A DNA stretch of 64,000 nt from Neoechinorhynchus agilis (taxonomy: Eukaryota; Animalia; Acanthocephala): assembly GCA_051530055.1 (NCBI GenBank), contig CM121343.1, forward strand, positions 1,458,389 through 1,522,388, written 5' to 3'. Both the position numbers and the translations under genes were made by a program. Positions within the stretch are counted from its first letter, which is position 1, and each line of letters opens with the position of its first letter. Below the pieces are notes generated by a model. The model made no database searches. It saw only the letters and a program-made list of their open reading frames with translations, and was not told the origin of the DNA. Shown in pieces: positions 24,157 through 34,014 of this stretch.

Positions 24157-27100
24157 CACCCAAAAATGTTTTCGCAACCTGTTGTTGCGGCGGAGGGTGG
24201 CAAACGGCCACCCAATACTCTGAAAATACCTATATCGTCTTCAACAAGAGAGCTATTGCTCTCTAAACCAAACAACCCAAGCAGCTCTCACGAGGAACTC
24301 ATCTTCCTGGAGGCACCATTGAAGAAATCCAATGTTATTACTCTAAAAGCTAATCCCACTCTATCACGTGAAGAACTATTCAAACGCTTCCTTTCCCCTT
24401 GGCTTAAAACGCTGAACGACGACATCATAAGAATCAACTCTACTACATACTTCGCAGGTCAATTAAAAATATACTTCAATGGTAATCTTCATCTAAGCAA
24501 CTTTCACAAGTTCATCGAAACGAATTGTGACACGTCCGGAGTTCAAATTATAAACACAAGCTACAATTCAACCTTTCTCATGAATGGATTGTCTCCTGAA
24601 ATTGACACTGCAGATAAAAAAATCGTTCGAGAACAAGTTTGGATGCGAGATACTATTCTTCCTCAAATCGGCTCGTACAGCCAAGTTTATTCCCAAGGCG
24701 GTAGTAAAGGCTCCGGCCGACCGAAGGGACGCACTGATAAAGGAGAGATGTTGCTTCCAGGGGATGGAAGTTGATTTTTCAATGAATGATATTTCAAGAT
24801 TAGGCGACTTTACGTTTCCACGGTGCAGCATTTGCCAATCCTGGGGACATTGGTCCCAAAGATGCCTCACTAAAAAGTCCGTTTGCGCGTTTTGTGCGCG
24901 GAACCACCATTCGTCAACTTGCCCGAAGGACTTAAAATGTTGCGCTAACTGTAAAAAGGAAGGACATTGTGCTTTCTCGAAATCATGTCCAATTTTCAAA
25001 CAATATCTCAATTGGGCTCAAAGGACATACACAAATAACAGTGCTAAATCAGTACGTCCGGCTCCAAGTAAGATAGCAGTCCATGAATCTGCTCCCCCAC
25101 CGCCGAACAAATGACCCTCTGAGCGAACGTCCCCGGACCAAGTTTCTATCGACGAAAAACTTCGTCACTTTTCGGATAATATCATGCAGATGGTAGATCT
25201 CCGAATAAATATGGCTATACAAGGAATCGAGAAAAGATTGGCCTCTCATCTGGATGCCCTAATGGCTACTATAAAATCACGTTTGGACAACCTGTTTCCT
25301 CACGGATCTATAGACAGCCCGATTTCTTGCAAACGTGTTCGTAAAGTGTCTCCTGTCAATCCGAACCTATCCAACTCAGATGTTGAGATGCACGAGAACG
25401 AACTCTTCGTTCGGGATATTATCCAAGAACAATCTCAGGTTTGTGAAACGGGAGTTCACAAACTTATTCAAGAATGCTCAGTACGGAGTTAAGGATCGTG
25501 CAGTGGAACTCTGGCGGACGGGTTAGTATCCATAGACGGCTCTCAGAGGCCTGGCGGTGCAGCATCATCTTTATTCAGGAGTCCAAGTCTGTCTATAATG
25601 TTCACGACCTACCTCAAGGTCTAAGCTCACTGACCGAACAATTTGTCTTATTCTGTACCCCTCCTCATTCGCCCAATTCCCAAGTTCTACTATCTTTTTT
25701 CCTGCCTTCTCTCGGTCCCACACAGATCACATCGTTTTCCTCCGATGATCTGTCTTATTCAATTTTTTCATTTTGTATTAAAGGCTCTAAACTTCTATTA
25801 GCTAACATCTATGTCCGGCCCCATAAGATACATCTCCCTCGCAATAAGTCCATTTTGAAGAACATCTTAGGGTCAGGTATTGACTTTTGTTTTGCCGACT
25901 TTAATGATCCTTCGCAGAAATGGATCAATTCTATTATTCGTTCTGGAGAATCCCACAACCTCATTACGCCCGATTATCCTACTTTTACTGACGGATCTTC
26001 ATCCTCGTACCTGGATCTGTGTATATACCGAAAAAGTGGCTTCTACAAACCTATTTTAATTTCTCAATCCTCTCTATTCCAAGTCGCTGGACACGACGTT
26101 TTAACTTGGGAGCTCGACAAGAACGTTCTGTTATCGTCTCTTTAATGCTGCTACCCGCTTTTATCTCTCTGGGTCAAAATCCTCCGAGCTTAAAGATATT
26201 AACAATTTTTTGGCTGACACTAGTAACAATTTCCTTACCACAGTTAGGAGATCAGTAGGAGTACCTCGGAAATCCAACCTATTATCCCTTTATGGTAGGG
26301 AACTCTTTAAAGCTAAGGCAGCGGGCGACACTAGATCCTGTAAGTTTTGGTCATCTCTTTACTGGCCGTGCAAGGTCAGATTCCAGATCGCCCAAGATCG
26401 CAAAATGATCAGCAAGTATCTACCCCATTCATCGGAATGGTGGAGAGTTGTAAACCGGAAACGCTCCTTCCCCTGGAAAAGGGCAGCTGCAGCCTGGATT
26501 AGATCTTCAGGCTTTGATACAGTCATCAGGGCGCTTTGTTCCGAACACTCGAATGAGGCCAGTCCGATCCCCATAGCCACCAACTTCATACTTCCCAAAC
26601 CACGGAGAATTGATCTCACCAAAAAGGATTTTTTACAGTGGTGGACCTCTAAGAACCTCACCTCATGCAACGGCTCTTCAGCCTGTTTTAAAGCAACCAA
26701 CGTTTTGAGCAGGGATAACATAGCATCCTTTGCCAGTGTCATGCTACTAGCCTCTCCTGAAGAATGGTCAGAAATTAATATTTCAAAAAGGATTTTCCTA
26801 CGCAAGGGTAAGGTTCGATCAATATCTTCTTCGGGAAATGTGAGACCAATCTCTATCCAAAACTCTTTGGTTTCCATCTATGAGAGAGTCTTAGCAAAGC
26901 GGATTGTCGAGTTCTCCTGTGAGCATGATCTCATCGATAGACGATGCCATGGTTTCGTTCCCGGCAGATCAGTTCATTCCGCTATGAACGAAATTATACG
27001 TAATTTTGGACAGAACCGTCGTGCCATGAATATCTTGATTTCGTTTGATATCAGCAAGGCATTTGACAATATTAATATCGATTTTATCTTAAATATCTTA

Positions 27101-27915
27101 CGCTTTTTAACTTTCCTTTCAATTTCATAGCTAGGGTTCACAATACCCTGAAGTCCAAACGGTTTTTCTTCTCGGATGATCCCGCTCGCTTGGTTTACTA
27201 TCAGGTTAAAGGAGTTCCCCAAGGCTCTCCTTTATCACCGATTCTTTTCTGTTTGGCCTCCCAATATATTGTTCAAAACTGTAAAATCTGTCGTTCAATC
27301 ACCATGTACGCGGACGACCTCACCGTGGTTATAAAAGAGAGCAACTATGTACAAGCTCAAAAGAAGCTTGCAGCAGTTCTCAATTTCCTAAAAGAAAAAC
27401 TTCCACACATGGGGCTTGCACTAAATAATAATAATAAGACCAAGTTTCTAATAAAATCAAAATCCGTCGTTGGTAAGCGACACATTAGAGACTTTGTCAA
27501 GAGGTTTTTCGCCCTTGATTTTTTCCCGGTTTTTCATAGACTCAACATTCTGGGCTTTACCCTCAGTAGTAATCTGTCATTCTCGGCTGACCTGAATAAG
27601 ATGAAACGACTCTTCAAATGTGCTAATGCCAAAGCAAAGCGTGCTGCCCGACTAGGCCTCAATCTTAAGTCTAGCAAATCTATATGGAACGCGTGGGCCA
27701 TATCTGGTCTAGTCTTCTATTCTAGAGGACGACCGCCCGAACAACGCCAGAGCTTCCGATGCACCTTCCTGAGACTCTGCTCCACTCTCCCTTTCGCATG
27801 GGCAAACACCGTCGACTGGACCGCCAAAGTGGATAAATGGACAGCCATCGGCAATGATTGAAACGTTTGATTGACTCAGTCTTTCTCACATGGTCCTTTG
27901 CGAATAAATTTTTTT
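24157..27915 (+). mobile_element. Compact LINE subfamily A, near full length
   Basis: ORF1 pieces 24166-25492 with three knuckles; ORF2 pieces 25474-27861 (QWNSGG, IQES, ADFN, GHD, FDISKAFD, GVPQGSPLSP, YADD, FYSRGRPP); ends AATAAA-T7; flanked by ATCATGGATAA. Confidence 0.93.
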
Positions 27916-27926
27916 ATCATGGATAA
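27916..27926 (+). repeat. ATCATGGATAA junction motif 2 (putative TSD)
   Basis: Exact 11-mer between the LINE A tail and LINE B; its ATG opens B ORF1 in frame. Confidence 0.85.
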
Positions 27927-30900
27927 CAAGTTGTCGTGGATGGACATGTGCAGTTTTCAATGCCAAGAATATTGCACTGCTCATCTCAATGTCACTCAGA
28001 AACCTCCCGACCCTCCTGATGATTGTGAGGGTTTTAAGGATAGCGGCATAAGGCCGCCCAATACATTAAAGATACCTATCTCTTCGGATAGACTAAAGGA
28101 ACTTAGACTTCATCAATCAAAAGTCAGCTCGACCAAACATAAGTATTTGAAACTTCCTACAAAAAAATGGCCCTTCGCCATCACTATTATTTCAAACCCG
28201 ATTTTGCCCAGAGAATCCCTTTATAAGGATTATCTCGGACCTTGGCTTAAAACCTTCAACGACGATGTCCAACGATGACTTTACCTTTCCCAGATGTGCT
28301 GGATGTCAGGAATGGGGACACTGGGTACAACAATGCCCTTCCAAGAAGATCGTCTGCGCTTTTTGCGCTGAATCTCACCATAGTAATGCTTGCCCCAGAA
28401 AGTTAAAGAAATGTGCGAACTGTGACAATTTGGGTCACTGTGCCTTCGCGAAGTCATGTTTAGCGTTCAAAGAATACGCTAATTGGGCCCTGAATCCAAT
28501 GTCGCTAGCGCAGATCAGCAATGGTGTTAGGCCTGTCAGGAATTTCACTTCCAGCGAAAACACACAACGATGGCATTCAACTTCTATCCTTCCTCCTTCG
28601 ACAAACCACTCAAACAAGTTAATTGATAATAGCCTTTCATCAAATAACATCTCCTCTTCGAATCTCGACCGTGTCTTAAACGACTTCTCGGCAAATATTA
28701 TGAAGATGGTAGACCTCAGAATTACGACGGCTATCAACAATCTGGAAAAACGGTTCAACTATCTTACAGAGCTTTAATCGGCTAAATTATGCATCGGTCG
28801 AAGGTAAATCTTCAGTAGCCAAAAGACCTCTTAATCAATCGTTGGAATGCGTCGATGTGGAAGGAAATATCGATACGAACGTTGACGAACTCTTTGTGAA
28901 ACAAATAATTGACGAGCAAAGAGTAGTATGCGACGAGGGTATCTCTGATTTAATCAAGAGACGAAGAGCAATATTATGACAGAAGTAAGGTTGGTACAGT
29001 GGAACGCAGGTGGTCGAGCCAGTTTGCCTATTATAGCATCCACAGCCCATAATGCCGAAATAATTTTCATTCAAGAAGCCAAGTGCGTATATCGCTTGGC
29101 AGATCTGCCCGACTCTATAGCGAATCTCAGCTCTAATTCCTTAATCTTCATTACTCTTCCATTTAAGCCCAACTCCCAGGGCATATTATCTATTTCTAGA
29201 GCGAGTCTCATTCCATCGCTTATCTGTAACTTTGTCAGTTTGGATTTATCTTATGCCCTTTTTTCTGTAATCCCCGATTGTAAAAAAGTTTCGGTGGCGA
29301 ATGTTTACTTTCGACCGAATAAAATTCATCATAGAGCTATCAAAGACATACTTAAAAGTCTATTGCTCTCGGGGGTCGATCTCCTTTTCGGCGATTTTAA
29401 TGACCCATCCGGTAAGTGGATTCGAGCGATCGTTCGTATCACTGACCATCATGAAGTTATTTGCCCTCATCTCCCAACTTTCATACCAGAGGTTGCTCGT
29501 TCTTAGACATATGCATAGCAAAGAAAGGCTTGCATTTGAGGCCAATAGTGTCCTCACAAACTGCAGTTTTTAATAGCTGTGGGCATGACGCGATCCTATG
29601 GAACCTCTCTAATAACTCCCTATTGAATAGGAAATTCAAACTGGCTTCACATAATATCCACTTTTTTAATTTGGCTGCTAGGATATCCCTCAATACTAGT
29701 CAATCATCTTCTCTTTACGAAATAATGTCCTTGCCGAAGCAAGTGACTCATTTCTGACAGTAGTGTCTAAGCGCAATTTCGCGTCTACTAAGCCCCGGCT
29801 TCTGAATTTATATGGGAAACAATTGTTTTTAGCTCGTTCGGATGGTAATCAGGTGGCAGCTAAGTTTTGGTCTTCCCTTTATTGGCCATGTCGGTCTAGA
29901 TATCAAATGTCGTGTGATATAAGAGCGATCGAGTCTTTAGTTCCCTACTCCTCTCAATGGTGGCGAATAGCATCCAAAAAAGTTTTGTCTCCTGGAAGAG
30001 GGCGGCGGACGCCTGGATTAGGGAGGCTGGGATTCCCCGTGTGGTGGCCGATCTGTGCACAGAACATTCAGCTGGTTGCTCTAACATCCCAGTCCATCTC
30101 GAGTTTTTGCCCATCAAACGCCATAGACAGGATCTTTCTGCTAATGACATAATTAAGGTTTAGCGGCCAAAAAATCTATCCTCCTCAAATAGTAAATCCG
30201 ATTCCTTTAAGACCACAAATGTTCTATCTGAGGAGAATGTTGACCATATAGCAAGGGCCTTGGTACGAGCTCCGCCACAAGAGTGGGGTTCGATTAATCT
30301 GGCAAAACGCATATTTCTAGTGAAAGACAAACGTCGAAAAATATCATCAGTCAACGATGTTCGGCCTATCTCCATACAAAACTCCTTAGTCTCGATTTAC
30401 GAGAGAGCTCTTGCCCGATACATTTTGGAGTTTGCGGTGGAGCACAATTGAGTTGACCCACGTTGCCACGGGTTTCTATCAGGGAAATCGGTGCACTCAG
30501 CAATTAGGGAGATCGCCAATCATTTGTACAATAATCAAAACTCAACGAACTTATTGATTTCGTTTGATATATCCCGGGCATTTGACAACATCAATATATA
30601 CTTTATCATTAATATTCTTAAATTCTTTGATTTTCCGTACAATATCATCGCTCGGGTCTCTAATACATTAAGGTCTAAATCCTTTTTCTTCCAAGACGAT
30701 CCCGTTAATAGCACATATTATCAGACCAAAGGAGTTCCTCAGGGTTCTCCGCTGTCCCCTATACTCTTCTGCCTCGCCACCCAGTTTATCATACAGAACT
30801 GCAGGGTCTGCAAAGCCATCTCCATCTACGCAGACGATATGACTGCGGCCATTAAGGAGGTCAATTATCTGCGAGCTAAAAAACAGCTTCTCGCTCTCTT

Positions 30901-31447
30901 AACTTTTCTTGAAAACACACTACCTATGATGGGTCTGCAGCCGAACCCCAAGAAAACCCAGTTTATTATTAAATCCAAGTCACGAACGGGCAAAATAAAG
31001 CTTTTGGAGGCATTCAACAATTTTTTTGGTACCAATATTAACAGAACCTCCTCTAAGCTGACCATTTTGGGTTATTCATTTACGGCTAATTTCTCCCCCT
31101 TTCATGACTTAGCCAAACTTAAAAAATTATTAAAACTTGCGAACATAAAGGCACGAAGACCTCAACGGCTAGGCCATCCTTTGAAGTGTATTCGTTCAGT
31201 TTGGAACGCATGGGCTATTTCGGGCCTTGTTTTTTACTCCCGCGGCCGACCACCTGACCAACGTATGGTATTCCGCAATACCTTCCTTAAAGCTCTCCAA
31301 CATCTTCAATACCCTTTTGCGCATACTACAGATTGGTCCGACAAAACGTACCGATGGATCGACTTAAAAATGTCCTGAATCGCTATCCTCACTGTCCGAT
31401 CCAAAATTTGTAAATACATTGCGATTCCTAACGAATAAATCCTTGTT
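27927..31447 (+). mobile_element. Compact LINE subfamily B, near full length, with a ~360-bp deletion in ORF1
   Basis: MDNK..KPPDPPDD ORF1 with knuckles; ORF2 28976-31378 with the same motifs; ends AATAAATCCTTGTT; flanked by ATCATGGATAA. Confidence 0.93.
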
Positions 31448-31458
31448 ATCATGGATAA
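31448..31458 (+). repeat. ATCATGGATAA junction motif 3 (putative TSD)
   Basis: Exact 11-mer after the LINE B tail; reads S-W-I-K in the LINE C ORF2 frame. Confidence 0.85.
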
Positions 31459-31855
31459 AGACCTCGGGGATCATGGCTGTGGTGAAAACACTCTGGAAAG
31501 GCCACTCCAATGGTTGTTCAGTGAGCTCCCAGCCAGTCTTCTTACCTCTTAAACCAAGAAGGTTTGATCTCCAAGTGTCCGACATTGTTCAATGGTGGAG
31601 GTCGAGGGATAAGACCCCTGACAATGGCTCATCGATCTGCCTGAAAGCCACTAATGTTGAAAATAAAGTTAATATTGGCAGAATTGCTCAAGCCATGATC
31701 TATGCCTCCGCCGAGGAATGGGCGCACATAAACCTCTCGAAAAGAATTTTCCTGATTAAAACGAAGGGTAAAAAAGTTACGGGTGGAGACGTTCGACCGA
31801 TTTCTATACAAAACTCATTGGTATCTATTTACGAAAGGGCACTGGCTAAATCTCT
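31448..31855 (+). mobile_element. Compact LINE subfamily C, internal ORF2 fragment (host of A and B; left stub ~24135-24156)
   Basis: SWIKTSG..EEWAHINLSKRIFL..DVRPISIQNSLVSIYERALAK. Confidence 0.85.
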
Positions 31856-34014
31856 TACAATTTGCGCCACTTTATCGTACAGAATTATATCGTTGAAACT
31901 TTCCCCAGGGACTGTTTTTAACATCGCTTCCACATCACATCTCACCTCAATGTCCGAAATCTTCAGTGTGGGAATGAAATCGGGCCCCATTGCTAAAACG
32001 CTGATTTCATGTTTTGTGAGTGTTCTGCTAGACCAATTAACTACTCCCAAGTCTCGCATCTCTTCCTGAGCTTCCTCCGCCTCCACGATTCCCAGTGTGT
32101 TCAACTGCTTTTTCACTATACTTCTAGTCTTATAATCATGATCTACCATTTTTCCTTTCACGAAATCGTTTACGAAGCATATGTCCTGCGATTCCATGAT
32201 CGAGACCAGACTTTCCCACCTTGTCCTGATTTCGGCCTTCAATTTCCCTATCCGAAATCTCGCGTTTCTAATCGCAAATTTCATGATGGACTTTTCAAGA
32301 TTGAATAGATGTTTTAAGCCAGTTAGTCCTATTATCCCTGTTTTAATTCTTGCGCACACAGGTACGGCTTCTTGTTTCGGCACTCGCTCATAAAATGAAT
32401 GGACATCTCTGCATTAAATGCTCTTTTTTCGTAGTCCAATAATCGATAGATATCTTTACGGCAGTTGTCACCATACTGCTTGCTAATTTCGTTGAGAATA
32501 ACTTTCGGTGCGAATTTAACTTCTTTTTGGGTGACTCTTTATCGCTCCGAGAAAAATTAACATTTATTCCATTAATACTTCGAGACAATAGTGAACAAGG
32601 AAGATTACTCAATCTGGAAGGAAATTGCTCAATGATGGAAAGTTTGTGAAATTAAATAAGGCTCCAACAGTGGCACGTGAACGTGCATTCAATCGACATC
32701 TTATGGACTTACAGAAGTCAGGAAAAATATCACAAGAATGGTACAATAACACACCCGAAACTCCATAAACCGAAACTGAATGTAAGACCTGTGATAGCCT
32801 CTTATAATTCCTTTAGCCATAGATTGGCAAAGGTGATTAAACAATTACTCAGACAATATATCGAGAAGAGCGATTCAGAAGCGAAGGATGGACCTGCGTT
32901 TGCAAAATTAGTAAGAAAGATGGATCCCAGAAACAGGTGGTTTATGACAGTGGACATTAAGTCTCTATTTACAAATATACCACTTAAAGAAGCAACAAAA
33001 TCAGCAGCAACCCTACCACAAGTAAAATGCGAGTCACCTTCCCTAAGCGTGGAGGAATGGATAAAGCTGATTGATTGGTGTACCACGAGAACATCTTTCA
33101 GTTTCGAGGATCTAATTATTGATCAGATCGATGGTGTAGCGATGGGATCTCCGTTAGGACCAATACTGACTCACATATTTCTAACAGAATACGAAAAGAC
33201 GGTTCGAAGAATCATTCCTGAGATATTGGTATGGTACCGGTATGTGGACGACGCCTTCCTCGTTTTAACTGAGAATCCCGAAACTATTGATGTGCCGAAA
33301 AAACTAAATAGCATTCATCTGTCGATCCAGTGGACTACAACATTTCAAAGTCCAACAGGTGAATTGTCTTTTTTGGACGTAATAATGAAACGCAACGGGA
33401 ACGAAATAGATACCAGAGTCTTTAAAAAACCAGGAATACCATGGGGCTTATCAGATTGAAAGAGTCATGGGGCGACACGATATAAAGTCGCAGCGGCGAA
33501 GACTCTTTTCAATAGAGCACGAGAGATATGCAGCAATAGCAGAAATCTATCGGCAGCCATGATTGAGATAGAGGGTATGCTCCAAAAACGTCACTTTCCG
33601 AGATGGACGATCAAAAGAGCTAAATTTTGTAGAATGAAGGAAGGATATGCCACATCGGACAAAATGGTGATAAAATGCCTGAAGAACACGTATGTGGGTG
33701 AAAAGGCACTCAATCAGATATCGCACACTTTGTGGAAAGTGAAAGAACCGAAGATGATACCATATTTTCCATCCGCCCCGAAATTGAGTGGCCTGTTCAA
33801 AAAGAAACCGAAGACACCAACACCTTGTGTCGTATATACTATACCTTGCATAAATTGCCCGAAGAGGTATGTCGGACAAACGAAGCAAGGGTTGAATAAG
33901 AGAGTTAACCAGCACAAGTATAGTGTGAGGGGAGGCGACACTTCTTCGGCGATTTTTAATCATGTGTTGGAGGACGGCCATATAATTGATTTCGATGGAG
34001 CAAGCATATTGGAA
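31856..34014 (+). mobile_element. Penelope P-A copy 2 with inverted 5' segment
   Basis: 31856-32585 is the element 5' part on the minus strand (ORF 31829..32383 matches 14024..); 32590-34014 matches 14437-15894 on the plus strand. Confidence 0.9.
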
